DNA of 40,818 nt. Origin: Craspedostauros australis. Its lineage: Eukaryota. Shown piece after piece: positions 22,520 to 35,700 of the stretch. The notes under the pieces are model-generated. The model did not search any database. It was given only the letters and a program-made list of their open reading frames with translations, and had not been told where the DNA came from. The translations under genes and the position numbers were made by a program. The stretch lies in NCBI GenBank assembly GCA_030167865.1, contig JALAGF010005611.1, positions 1 to 40,818 of the forward strand, written 5' to 3'. Each line of letters opens with the position of its first letter. Positions within the stretch are counted from its first letter, which is position 1.

Positions 22520-24639
22520 CCGTTGGTGGGGCGAGCGGGACGAGGGCACCACTTGTTTGCGTGGTGTGGTACGACCAACGATCTGCGATTGCTGCAGATA
22601 TGCCACGAATGCTTTGGGGCAGATGTCGTGCGGTCAGTGGGCAGTTCCTACCCGTCGAAGTTAATCATGACGGGTTTCTGTCAGGACGCTGCAGGGGAAC
22701 ATCCTTCGCGCCGGTCCTTAGGATCTTCCTTCCCTTTGCTCCATCCTCTCGCACAGGCGTTGACACGGCATGGGTAGCTCGTACAAATACAGACACCTGA
22801 TTACCGCTTTCACCGGTCAAGGAACGATGATTGTGGACAGTCGTCTTCTTTTTGATGGCCGTTGTCACGGAAGTACATTCATTCCACACAATCGGAACAA
22901 CGTGTCTTCACAGCGAACGCACAAGGTATGGAAAAGACCGCCGACAGCGCTGACGTGAGCATCGGAGAAGGAATCCAACGACGGAGTACGCGTGGACGAC
23001 CGCGCAAAGGTTCTGCCCAAATGATGAGGGTTGGTTCGTGCATAGAATGATGTCTCTTCCTCGGGATTCGAGAAATGGCGCGGCGTGGTCTCACTCCCAG
23101 ACATTCATACCATGTTCAGCCCCTCCGACATTTATCTCCAACAGGAACTAGGCAATAGCGCGTGTATCACTCCTGTCATCGCCGGCAGTCGTACCTCAGC
23201 CCAAACGAAGCCGACATCAGCGCGAACCATGGGAGGCCACCATCCATGACCGTTTTTGTCTACCCAATGACACCAAAAGCTACCGCTCCGTTCCGCACCA
23301 TGTGGGGAATGCTCCGCATGAGACGGCACCATCTTGGTAGCAGCAGCTCCTCGTTCTCGTGCTCGTACGATCTTCAGGTACCAAAATGGCATCGCAGCTC
23401 GCAGACATGAAGTTGTGATCGCATCCGTAGATCGTGCTTGTGGCTCGCAGTTCGCAGTTCGTATTCGTGATGCGAATGATAACAGGATTGGCAGCGCAAC
23501 TGGAGGCAGACGTTTTGGACACCAGCGCGAGATTGCTGTTGCTGCATCATGATTACACTGATACAGTCTTTTGGCGCACGAGTTGAGCCTTTGTCCTTCA
23601 CGATGTTCGTTCCTCCTGCTCAAATGTCGGCCCGGATCAGATCCGCCCTTTATCATACCTTCCTATCGCAGTTGCATGAGAAACACCGAGCCATAATCAT
23701 CTGTTTACCTCGGCCTTCCTCGTGAACAATAGCAGCCGACGACGCTTTGGAGAGACATCATCATCGTTGGTGGTGCGGATTCATGAATGGAAATCATATC
23801 AAGACACAGGGCTGATGCCACTCACACACATGGTTGAACCAAAGAATTATGAAATGACAGGTCGTTAATGTTTCGCCCAACTGATACCATGTTCCGACGA
23901 AGATGTTATGTCGGGAGGTTAAGATGGAGGAGCGCAAATCACCTTTGAGTCCCTTGTGCAGTTGGAGAAGCGTGTAAGATATAGAGAATAAATGACCCTT
24001 CGACACCAATTGTGGTTGTTGACAAGTCACAAACTCTCGAGGAACGCGAACATCGATCTTGCCAGGAATTCCACGAAGCACCAACACACATGCGTACCCG
24101 GTGCTGCAGAGTCGTGGCGTGCTCAGCCCCATCCAATGCACACAGGAACATGGGAACGAGATGGGCAAACTCCGCTGTCGTGTGTGTTTTCTCGTCTTCC
24201 GCACTGTACGCTTCACGCGACAGGCAGCGGATTCCTTCCCATCACCGTTTTCTTCGGCGATGTTTCTGTTTCCGGTCGATGTCTCATTCTCGTTTTCTGT
24301 GGGACAGCCGTCGTTGTTTTTGTTGCCGCCAGCGTTCTGGTGCTGGTTGTTGGTCTGTGTCGATGGCGTGCTCGGCAGTTCCCTTTGTTGCCTCCCCCAC
24401 AAGAGAAACAGAGAGGAAGTGTGTGGGTGCGTGTGCGTGTGCTTGTGAGAGAAAGAGAAGCGGAGAGCAGGCGCATCTCATGCCACAAAATCAAAATCCA
24501 CGCCAAGCTCACGCCACGCTCGACCCAAAACTTAAACCGACACATCCAGTCAACCAATTAATCACCCATCAAGAGTCAATAGCCAGACCAACGATCTCCC
24601 TTGCCACCACAGCAACCAATACGAGACGATACAATCACA

Positions 24640-25059
24640 ATGACGATCGAAGACGCCGGAGTGCCTATTGAGATCCTCATCCCGTCCTCATCATCCCACT
24701 CGATGAACAACAACCTGTTGTTCCAGAAATCAACGTCGTCCATGGAATCATCATCGTCGTCAGGATGCTCCTTCGCTCCAAGGCGGCCGCTGCCTTCGGG
24801 AGGAGGCTCTTTGACACGCAGCGATAGCTGCATAATATCCGTGGAGCAATCCACAGACCCAGGTCACCGCCGACGAGGAAGTCTTACATTCTCGGCAGTG
24901 AGCCGTCTGCGAAGGGCCGGATCAAGCCGCACTCTGGGCACCGCCATGAATGCAGACAACTGCGGCAGCAGTCGCAATGGCGGCGCTTCCACCACCGATT
25001 CTCGTGATTGCGAACCACGCATGCCACCACGATCTCTGCAGAGAACGAGCCCAAGATGA
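24640..25059 (+). CDS. Small Ser/Arg-rich hypothetical protein
   Basis: ACA-ATG start after a CA-rich leader; 139 aa. Ends with D..PRMPPR, a motif type I associate with small low-complexity diatom proteins. Confidence 0.45.
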   Translation: MTIEDAGVPIEILIPSSSSHSMNNNLLFQKSTSSMESSSSSGCSFAPRRPLPSGGGSLTRSDSCIISVEQSTDPGHRRRGSLTFSAVSRLRRAGSSRTLGTAMNADNCGSSRNGGASTTDSRDCEPRMPPRSLQRTSPR

Positions 25060-26460
25060 CGACCGCATCTGCAGCAGCAAAAACAACATCGAGATGCACG
25101 AGCATCTGCCCACGGCATGGCATCACATGACATGACGAGGCTTGGATTCTACAAATACTCTGTGGTTCTGCTGTCGGTCATTGACAGCAAATGAGAAACA
25201 CAGATTGGTCGGCGAAGAAGCCTATCCGACAGGAAAGAAAGGAGAGACCGGGCGTTCACTTGCGACGCTGCGCGACGTTCTCTACCTCACTCGCTCATCA
25301 TTGTAACATGAACTGCCAAAGCCGGGATCGGGGCCCGCGCTGGGACCTCAGGATCAGCAACTGCGTTTCTGTCGTTCCAATCACGGCACCTCCGGAAGCT
25401 CCATTCTACTACCCAACCATCCCTCACTGTTCTACGAGCTGTCACCATTCCCAAGGTCCACAGAGCAAGAGAACTATAGTTGTACATAGACACACTTCAT
25501 ACAAACGCACACACAAAGCATCACTGGTCACTTGTTCCCTTGTCCCTCTCTTGTTAGATTGGAGTTCACGGATTACTCTATCCTTTCCGAGTGGAGTCAC
25601 CAGTCAATCAATCAATTCTGCGCTGCGCCAGGGAATGGACTTCACCTGAATCTGCAATCACCTACGCCATAGGCTCACACAGCTACGAACAGGTATGTCT
25701 GAGATTGTTCAGGCTGGGCCGCCGGAACACGAAGCGCACCTCCCAAGTCACCTCAGCTTTCATCACTCGAACTATGCACGAGTATCGGTACGGCAGAGAA
25801 TAGAGGAGTCACCTCTATGATTTGATGCCGCCTCTTCTTCGCTTCGCGCATCAGCAATCGGTTTTGGGTTGCGCTTGCGGTTGTTGCTGGATCTGGTTTG
25901 TTGGTCATCGGCACAGATTGTGCACAATTTGCACCAAACTACAGACGCATTGCATCGCTGCCGCACCCGTCGGTGCCTGGCTCACGACGTGCAACTCAGC
26001 GTGGCTCTGCTTTCCTGATTGTGCGGTGTGGGCGGTTACCAACGAACGATTACACGCATGGTCACATGGCTGGGTGGTTTGGTCTTGGTGCGATGGTGAG
26101 ATTATTCGCGCCTCCGCCTTCCGTTTCTTCCTGTTTCGATCCAAATTGTCATGAGATTAACTCTCATCTACCTGTTGGAACATTGTAGATTGTGCAAATG
26201 GTGAAATAGCATCGCAAAACCGTCTTGGGACTGCCCATCGTCAGTCTTGACAACCTCAAGATAGACTTGCCGAACGCGTGTACCGTTTTTGCAAAGAGCT
26301 ACTTCGCTTTGTTTCCCGATTATCCGACGAAGGTCAGACGACCACTAACGAAGATCTCGAGTTTTTGTTGATGTGTCAAAAAATCCACCGACAGAGGAAA
26401 CCACCGCCAACACCACCCAAACGAGGCGAAGACTCGGGCTTTCCTTGTTGAGAGATCCCC

Positions 26461-26530
26461 CAACTCAACTCATCACCGCTCAACTCAACTCAACTCAACT
26501 CAACTCAGCTCACCACAACTCACCACAACA
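26461..26530. repeat. (CAACT)n pentanucleotide microsatellite upstream of gyrA
   Basis: CAACT x2 at 26461-26470, x5 at 26481-26505, then degenerate copies. Confidence 0.85.
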
Positions 26531-26749
26531 TTCAACACTCAGCATCGATACGAAGCAACACAACGGAAGCCCCTTGGCGGACGACAAAGAGCGCGAGAGT
26601 CTGAATCCCATAGAGGTGTACTATACGAGTCGATCTGGGCCATATATTCAGCAATCGATAAGATCAAGAAAGAAAAGAAGGAAACAGACGAGTGTCGATC
26701 TGTTCGTTGCATTGGCCCATCTCTGTCAACCATTGACATCAACATCACC

Positions 26750-27661
26750 ATGATCGTGAAGAATACGAGAAAGCGTGCTCATTCTGGGCACCGTTTCCAC
26801 GGGGTGTCCGCGATGATGCTCTTGTGCCTTTCAAGTTTTTGCGTCATGTCGACAGTGGCATTCTCACCTCGGCTGTCGTCAGGTCTGGCAGCCAGAACCA
26901 TGGAACAACGGCAACGGCAACAACAGAATCTGCAGCAAGAGCACTATCCAAGCAGCGTCGCCATCAATACTGGACGCCATCCACGGACTCTGCTGCGCAA
27001 ATCGCTAGACGACGACGACGGCGACGACGATGTAGATCTGCTTACCGCCGAGGACGGCGTCGATGAGGAAGACTTCAGTTTCGCTCCCGTCGAGAGCTTC
27101 GAATCTGAAGCCGATGTGGCGTCAGCTGCTAATGAACTCGCGGCTGAAACAGGCGGCAGCAAAGTGGAATTGCAGAAGGAGATCGAAACGTCCTTCCTGC
27201 AGTACGCGCTGTCCATCATCCTTGGCCGCGCACTCCCGGATGCCCGCGATGGTCTCAAGCCCGTGCACCGGCGGATATTGTACGCCATGCACCAGCTGTC
27301 GTTATCTCCGAGCGGTCCGCACAGAAAATGTGCGCGTGTGGTCGGCGAAGTGCTGGGCAAGTACCATCCACACGGAGACATGGCCGTCTACGATGCCCTG
27401 GTGCGCATGGCGCAGGACTTCACCACCAACTACCGTCTCATCGATGGGCATGGAAACTTCGGCTCCGTCGATGCGGATCCAGCCGCCGCCATGCGTTACA
27501 CGGAATGTCGGCTGACGCATCTGGCCACCAACGCCCTGTTGGCTGATATCAACGATGATACTGTGGATTTCAATGCCAACTTCGATGGCAACGAGGTCGA
27601 GCCCAACGTGCTTCCAACGAAGCTGCCCCTCCTGCTCCTCAACGGCAGCTCAGGCATAGCT

Positions 27662-27693
<32 letters not shown>

Positions 27694-30103
27694 TCTCAGA
27701 GAGGTCATGAATGCTTGCATCGCACTTGTGGAAGGCAGGATGGACCCCACCAAGGAGATCAGCGACGATCAGCTCTTCCGCATCGTGCCAAGTCCCGACT
27801 TCCCAACGGGCGCCTACATCATGGGGACTGACGGTGCCAAGCAGCTCTACTCCACCGGAAACGGTGGCATTGTCATGCGAGCCGTCACCAACATCGAACA
27901 GCTCGCGAAGAAAGGCAAGGGGCAAGCAAGAACAGCGATCATCGTGACCGAGCTCCCGTACCAGGTCAACAAGGCAGCGTTGCTGGAGAAGATTGCAGGC
28001 TTGGTCAACGACAAGAAGTTGGAAGGCATTTCGGATCTCCGAGATGAGTCCGATCGCGAAGGCATCCGCGTGGTGCTGGAGCTGAAGCGCGATGCCATTC
28101 CCGACGTCGTCTTGAACAACCTCTACAAGAAGACATCCCTGCAGACATCCTTCTCTGGAAACTTCCTTGCCTTGATGGATACCAAGGACGATGGATCGTC
28201 CCTCACGCCGCAGAGATTCACGCTGCGTGAGGCGTTGGACTGCTTTCTCAACTTCCGTTTCAAGACCATTCGGAGGAAGACGAGCTACCAGCTGAACAAG
28301 GTGGAGAATCGTGCTCACATCGTGGCCGGTCTGCTGAAGGCACTGGCGAGGGTGGACGAAGTCATCGAGGTTGTTCGCAGCTCGCCTGATCAGAAGACGG
28401 CCAAGCTCCGAGTGATAGAGGAGGGTGGCTTCCTCGAGCTTTCCGAGGAGCAGGCTGACGCTGTGCTGCGATTGCAATTGGGCCAGCTGACACGTCTCAA
28501 CGGCGACAAGCTCAAAGCGGAAGCGGAGGACTTGCAGCGACAGGCCAAGGACCTCAAGCGCTTGCTGGATGTCGACAATGCAGTTTACGACGTCATCATC
28601 AACGAGTCCAAGGAACTGGATGCCAAGTACGGCGAGGAACGCAAGTCGCGCATCCAGACGGACGGCGGTGGCGAAGTCGACGAGCTCGACATGATCAAGA
28701 ACTCTCGTTCTGGTAAGTTTGAGTTGCGTTCGTCATGGATGGAGCTTTATCATTGTGCTGCGCTGTGTTGCGCTGCTGGTGCTGCTGAATTATTTTTGCG
28801 TCGTGCTTTGTATCATGCCTTGTATCGTACGTTGAACTATGGTATTATGCATGCATGAGCAAAGCGATCCAGGATTGGATCGCAACGGGTGCTCATACAT
28901 GTAAATGCTCGTGACCTTCTGCAATCTGACTTGTGCACTCTTTCATCTAACACTCCGACCTTCACTCCATTTCCATCTATCTGGCTCGTCCTCTCTTGTG
29001 CTTTCGTTGATGCGATGCCGCCTGTTCGTACCCTTGCTGCGCGAACGTGCCGATGCTGCGTTTTCGAATATTCTCGCCATTTTGCATTATCACCCCACGC
29101 TTTTTGTGCAGTGATCGTGATGACGCGAGGTGGATACATCAAACGCATGCCATTGAAGACCTTCGAGCGCCAGAACCGTGGAACCAGAGGCAAGCGAGGG
29201 ACATCGTCGACTGGCAACTCATCCGATGACGAAGTCGCCCACTGCTTCACCTGCAACGATCATGACACCCTCCTCATGGTGTCGCAGAGCGGCATCGCCT
29301 ATGGTCTGCGAGCCTACCGCGTACCCGTCGCAGGACGGGTTGCGAAGGGACAGCCCATTCCATCGGTCCTCCCAATACGAATGGATGACACGATCACTTC
29401 GATCATGCCCGTCGACGACTTTGCGGACGATGAGTACGTCATCCTGACCACTGAGAAGGGATGGATCAAGAAGACGCCGCTGAAGGCTTTCGAGAAGATC
29501 AACAACCGAGGTCTCACCATCGCCAGGCTGGAACCAGGCGACCGCCTGAAGTACAGCAAGCATTGTAGAGACGGAGATGACATCCTCATGGGAACAACCT
29601 GCGGCAAGGCAACTCGATTCTCGTCAGCCGATGTGCGTCCGACCAAGAGAAGCAGCCGAGGCGTGCGAGCGATGAGGCTGAGGGAGGGTGATACCATCGC
29701 CGACATGAACGTGGTAACGGGCAGGAACGACGAACCCCCCAACGGCGCTACGGCCCCAGACGGAGAGGAGTACGTGATGTGCATCACGGCGGCCGGATAC
29801 GGCAAACGCACACGGACCAGCGATTTCAACACGAAGCAGCGCGGTGGCATGGGCGTCTTGGCGCTGAAGTTCAACGCGAAGCGGGAAGGCGAGGATCGCG
29901 TTCAGAGTTTCTGCGTCGTGAGCGGCGACGATGAAGTTTTGCTCATCACCGCGCAAGGCGTCATGGTGAGGCAGAAGGTCTCGAGCATCCCCATCCAAGG
30001 CCGTGCCGCCACCGGCGTTCTGGTGCAGAAGGTCGATGAGGGAGACAGCATCTCCAGCATCAGCCTCGTCCCCAAGAGCGCCTACGAAGACAGCGACGAC
30101 TAA
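26750..30103 (+). CDS. gyrA: DNA gyrase subunit A, organelle (plastid-type) targeted; exons 26750-28712 and 29112-30103
   Basis: Motifs [23 protein letters not shown], catalytic [22 protein letters not shown], GyrA-box-like QNRGTRG and C-terminal beta-pinwheel repeats. Phase-1 intron GTAAGT 28713 … GCAG 29111 gives [13 protein letters not shown]. Signal peptide plus STVA|FSPR presequence. Confidence 0.96.
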
Positions 30104-30641
30104 GAGCAGGGAAAGTCATCAGTAACTGTAGTACGCATTGCATACTTGTTAAAGCCGAAACAAAACTGGCGGAGTAGTCATCATGGAGGAGGGTGTGATG
30201 GAGAGAAGACGAGAGAGAGTGGGTTGAAGCAATGCGCTTTCCTCTTGTATCAATACGAGGTATCTTTCTCTCTAGCTTCGATCTCAGTTTATTTCACGAT
30301 GTGGCGCAACCGACTCGCTCGACCAACGTTTTTCATGACGTGTTGAGTTGGCTCTGTGTTGTTCCTCTTTTGGCCAGTTTCGTGGATGTCGGCCACTGTT
30401 CGTGGCGTCATCGTCAACCGTGGAACCGAGACAGATGATGTTGAACACATGCTCGGTGCATGGATGAACAACGCAGCAACGCCGGAACACAATACAGAGT
30501 CAGCGACACCAGGTCCATCGACATCGAACAAGACGTCGTCGGAGAGAGCTGCTACGAGAACGGAGAGCCTCGCCGCACATCCAATCCATCCATCCATAGT
30601 GATCAACTGACAAGGAAGCAAACAGCACGACCGCGACGACG

Positions 30642-32117
30642 ATGATGAAGAGCATCGGCCTCGCAATTGCGTTCGCTGGCACCGTCGGCGCATGGACGGT
30701 CCCGCAGCAGTTGCGATCGGCCTCCGTCCAGCTGTTCAACGTGCCGCCACCGGCCGAGACAGACATCGAGGCCTTCAAGGAGTACGCCTCGAAGCAGTCT
30801 CCCCCGTCCAGCTTCTTCGAGCTGCAGAAGGACTGCATCCGCGCGGCAAAACTCGCCGTGCGCGATGGATACCAGCTGCTGGAGGTGGAGTTCCCACCGC
30901 TGCCGGCCAAGGTGCTGGAGATGGACGACGTGTCGGCGTACGATGTGGCGCAAGCCAATCTCAAGCTGGCCGTGGAGTTCGCACGCGGTTTCACCGCCGA
31001 GAACAAGAACGTCGCCATCATGCTGCCCGATGAGTCGGAGGCCATCATTTCGGTGGAGCGCCTCACGGGTGCGGAGGATGCTAAGGCAGTAACGCAGGTG
31101 GAAGCTGGTGTCACCGTGACTTCGTTGCGACGCAGTGACGAGGACGATAATCGTGTTGTGAAGGTACGAGTATGCCGCGCAGCAGAGAATGGATCAACTG
31201 GTGTGCTTGTTGATTCATTGATGGGTGGATGGGCAGGTGCCACGGGATATCTGTGGCTTCGCAACACAACATTGCTATGCAATCAGTACTCAACGAGAGT
31301 GAGATTGACGAAAAGGTTCACTCTAATTCGAATTGGAGGCTCTCTGTAGGATGATCATCGCGATTGAAAATGTTGCCCACGCCAACACTCACGCCGTGAA
31401 TGTTTATGGCTTGATTGAGCGCGAAACTCAATGTGCATTGAACTCACTCATCACATCTATCACCTTCACCAACCATCAACCATATCGAATTTAATCCGAC
31501 AACGACGACGGCGACGACAACAACAACAGCCGGAACAAATCTTGCTGAACCTGTTCGGCAACGGCAACCGTGGCGACATCAAGCCAGTCAACGGCACCGA
31601 CGTGTACATCTGCCTCGTCGCCAGCGCGCAGGAGTTGCCCGACATTGAGGAGCTGTACCGCGTCGTCAAGGACGACGGCGTGCCCATCATCCTGTACAAC
31701 CTCAAGCTCGACGTCCTTCGCGGCGATCTGGGCGCCCCGGCCTTCCCGCCAAAGGAATTCCAGGACCGCTTCTTGAGCCGCGTCAAGCCAGTCTACTACC
31801 TGCGAACACGTCAGTACTCGCGCAGCACGCCCAATCCGCCATTCCTCGTCAATTATCAGGGATGCTTGTTCCGCGCGTATCCGGGACAGTTCCAGACGCT
31901 GTTGGATACCGGCACGGGCAGCTACCGCCGATTGTTGGGCAGCGATGTGCGACCTGCTCTGGGCGAGTTCAAGGAGGAGCTGACGCAGGCGTTGCGAGAT
32001 GAAGGCGTCCTGCCGGCCACGGAAGGCAAGACGTTCGACTTTTTGCGCACCGGATACAAGACCACCACGTGGTGGGAAGAAGAGCGGGCCGAGGCCAGCA
32101 TGGATTGGAAGACCTAA
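30642..32117 (+). CDS. LPA3: DUF1995-family plastid protein (LOW PSII ACCUMULATION 3-like); exons 30642-31163 and 31530-32117
   Basis: Motifs A..DGYQLLEVEFPPLP, D…AN..LA, PIILYNLKLDVLRGDLG…FPPK….RFL….PVYYLR.R.YS and NYQGCLFRAYPG.FQ. Phase-0 intron GTACGA 31164 … ACAG 31529. Presequence AGTVGA|WTVP. Confidence 0.85.
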
Positions 32118-32751
32118 ACGTGACTGAGCCTGAGAGTATGGCGAACTGGCGTTCTCATGGGCATGCATCGCTTTGCTCTATGTATCTGTCCTACTCTATA
32201 AACGCAGGTATTTCGTTTGAGCACCGAACCTGAGAGCACGCAGAACATTCTACCACAGTATCTGCAGCAAGTCTTCGCGCTCCTCCGGCTGCAGATGTTG
32301 GCGAATTGCTCAATTGTCCCTCCGTGTCTTCAATAGATGCAAGAGGCCAGGGCTCACCGTAGCTGAGAGATGTAAGACTTGTGCAAGTCTCTTGCATTGG
32401 TGGTTAGAGATCATTGCGGTGTCGCGGAGGAGTTCTGATGGTGTTGTTGTGTTTGTTGCGTTGTTCACCAAAGAACACGCAAATGCGTCAACAACGACAA
32501 ATACGCTGCTGCGACGAAACAAGACCAAATCAAACGAGGCGACCACGTTGAAGACCCATGTCATTCAATCCAATGGCGTCGCTTCTGATGCCACATCTAT
32601 GATTTCTGACTCGTAGATTCACCACGATCTAGTATACAAATAAATCACATCCATTACTAGAGGAGAGAGAAGTACAACATCATGCTTTGTTGGTGCTTCC
32701 GACACACCATTCTAATGCCAGCCGGTCCTTCTGTTGCTCGACTCGTCGTCG

Positions 32752-35700
32752 TCACTGTTCCTGACCCGGTGGCGCTTGCCGAAGGTGCCGCTGCTGGTAA
32801 GCCCAAGTGAGGTAAGACTCCACCTCCCAATGTCCCTTCGAAGTTGCCAAATCCAATGGTGTGCTTCCGTCATTGTTCGTGATGGTGATGTCAGCCTCGA
32901 AAACCTCAACGAAATCCCGCACGACATTCAACTGTCCCCAACAACACAAGATGTGCAGTGCTGTGTTGCCAGTTGTATTGACCGCGTTGATGTCAACTTT
33001 CTTCCGTGCGGCCAACGACTGAGCGAGATTCCAGTACCTTTCCAAGCATGCCACATGGATCATGGTGGCCCCATCAATGTCTTGAGCATTGGCGTCCGCA
33101 TTTTCACGATCCACCAAGTACTCTGCCACTTCTTGTTGCCCTGTTGCACATGCGAGATGCATTGGCGTCTGCTGCTGGTTGTTTCGGATGTTGATATTGG
33201 CATTCGTTGCCTCGACAAAGAATCGGACACCCCTGAGGTCTCCGTAGAAAGACACAACATGGATTGGTGCGTTGCCTTGCATGTCATTGGCGTTCACATC
33301 TGCACCCAGTTGTCCAACCAAGATACGCACTGCCTCCAATCTCCCGTGAATGCATGCAAGGTGGAGTGGCGTCTGTTGTTGGCCGTTTTGGATGTTGACA
33401 TCCCCTGTTCTCGGGTTCAATATCAACAAGTGCGAAATCGCATCAGCGTCAGCACCTGGGCTGTCACAATACAGGTGCAAGGGCGTGTTACCTTGCGCAT
33501 CTTGGGCATTCCGATCGGCGCCCATTTCAGCAACCAAACAAGGGATTGCACCGTATCTGCGATACATGCATGCAACGTGAAGTGGCGTCTGCTCCAGGTT
33601 GTTTCGAATGTTGATATCGGCATTCCTTGCTCTCGTCAAGAATCTGATGGCCCTGAGGTCTCCGCAGGAAGACACATAGTGTAATGGGACGTTGCCCAGT
33701 GTATCTCCTGCATTCACATCAGCACCCATTTCATCAACCAAGCAGCGCACTGCCTCGAGTCTGCCACATACACATGCAAGGTGGAGTGGCGTCTGTCCGT
33801 TGTTGTTTCGAATGTTGAAATTTGCCCAAGCAATATGCAGGGACAGCAAGGTTTCACGATCAGGATCACGATCAGGATCACGACCACTCATGTTCCTGCA
33901 GAGGCAATGCAAGGGTGTGTTGCCCTGTGTGTCTTGGACATTCACATCAGCACCCATTTCATCAACCAAGCAGCGCACTGCCTCGAAGCTCCCCTGAATG
34001 CATGCAAGGTGGAGTGGTGTCTGTTGTTGGCCGTTTCGGATGTTGACATCTACTTCAGCATTGTGCAAGGACAGCAAGGTTTCGCGATCAGGATGATGAT
34101 CACTCCCATTCTTGCAGAGGTAATGCAAGGGTGCGTTGCCCTGTGCGTCTTGGACATTCACACCAGCACCCATTTCATCAACCAACCAGCGCACTGCCTC
34201 CATTCTCCCATATTTGCATGCAACGTAGAGTGGTGTTTGTCCTTTGTTGTTTTGGATGTTGACATCTGCTCCAGCATTTCGCAGGGACAGCAAGGTTTCG
34301 CGATCAGGATCACGACCCATCATGTTCTTGCAGAGCTCATGCAAGGGTGTGTTGCCCTGTGTGTCTTGGACATTCACATCAGCACCCATTTCATCAACCA
34401 ACCAGCGCACTGCCTCGAAGCTCCCCCAAATGCATGTAAGGTGGAGTGGTGTTTGTCCTTTGTTGTTTTGGATGTTGACATCTGCTTCAGCATTGTGCAG
34501 GGACAGCAAGGTTTCGCGATCAGGATCACGACCCATCACGTTCTTGCAGAGCTCATGCAAGGGTGTGTTGCCCTGTGCGTCTTGGACATTCACATCAGCA
34601 CCCATTTCATCAACCAACCAGCGCACTGCCTCGAAGCTCCCATATGTGCATGCAAGGTGGAGTGGTGTCTGTTGTTGACCGTTTCGGATGTTGAAATCTG
34701 CTCCAGCATTTCGCAGGAACGGCAAGGTTTCACGAGGATGACGGCGATCAGGATGATGATCACTCGCATTCTTGCAGAACTGATGCAAGGGTGTGTTGCC
34801 CTGTGTGTCTTGGACATTCACATCAGCACCCATTTCATCAACCAAGATACGCACTACCTCAAAGCTCCCCTGACTGCATGCAAAGTGGAGTGGTGTCTGT
34901 TGTTGGCCGTTTCGGATGTTGACATCTGCTCCAGCATTTCGCAGGAACAGCAAGGTTTCGCTAGGATGACGGCGATCAGGATGATGATCACTCGCATTCT
35001 TGCAGAACTGTTGCAAGGGTGTGTTGCCCTGTGTGTCTTGGGCATTCACATCAGCACCCATTTCATCAACCAAGATACGCACTACCTCGAAGCTCCCCTG
35101 ACTGCATGCAAGGTGGAGTGGTGTCTGTTGTTGGCCGTTTCGGATGTTGAAATCTGCTCCAGCATTTCGCAGGAACCGCAAGGTTTCGCTAGGATGACGG
35201 CGATCACTCGCATTCTTGCAGAGCTCATGCAAGGGTGTGTTGCCCTGTGCGTCTTGGACATTCACACCAGCACCCATTTCATCAACCAAGATACGCACTG
35301 TCTCCAATCTCCCATATTTGCATGCAAGGTGGAGTGGCGTCTGTTGTTGGCCGTTTCGGATGTTGAAATCTGCTCCAGCATTTCGCAGGAACCGCAAGGT
35401 TTCGCTAGGATGACGGCGATGAGGATGATGATCACTCGCATTCTTGCAGAACTGATGCAAGGGTGTGTTGCCTTGTGCGTCTTGGACATTCACATCAGCA
35501 CCCATTTCATCAACCAACCAGCGCGCTGCCTCGAAGCTCCCCTGAATGCATGCAAGGTAGAGTGGTGTCTGTTGTTGGTCGTTTCGGATGTTGAAATCTG
35601 CCCCAGCATCTCGCAGGAACAGCAAGGTTTCGCGAGGATAACGGCAATCACTCGCATTCTTGCAGAACTGATGCAAGGGTGTGTTGCCCTGTGCGTCTTG

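Noticed and set aside
22800..24600. Overlapping 170-220 aa ORFs on both strands
   Set aside because: No recognisable domains or coding-like composition; no transposase, RT or terminal repeats seen.
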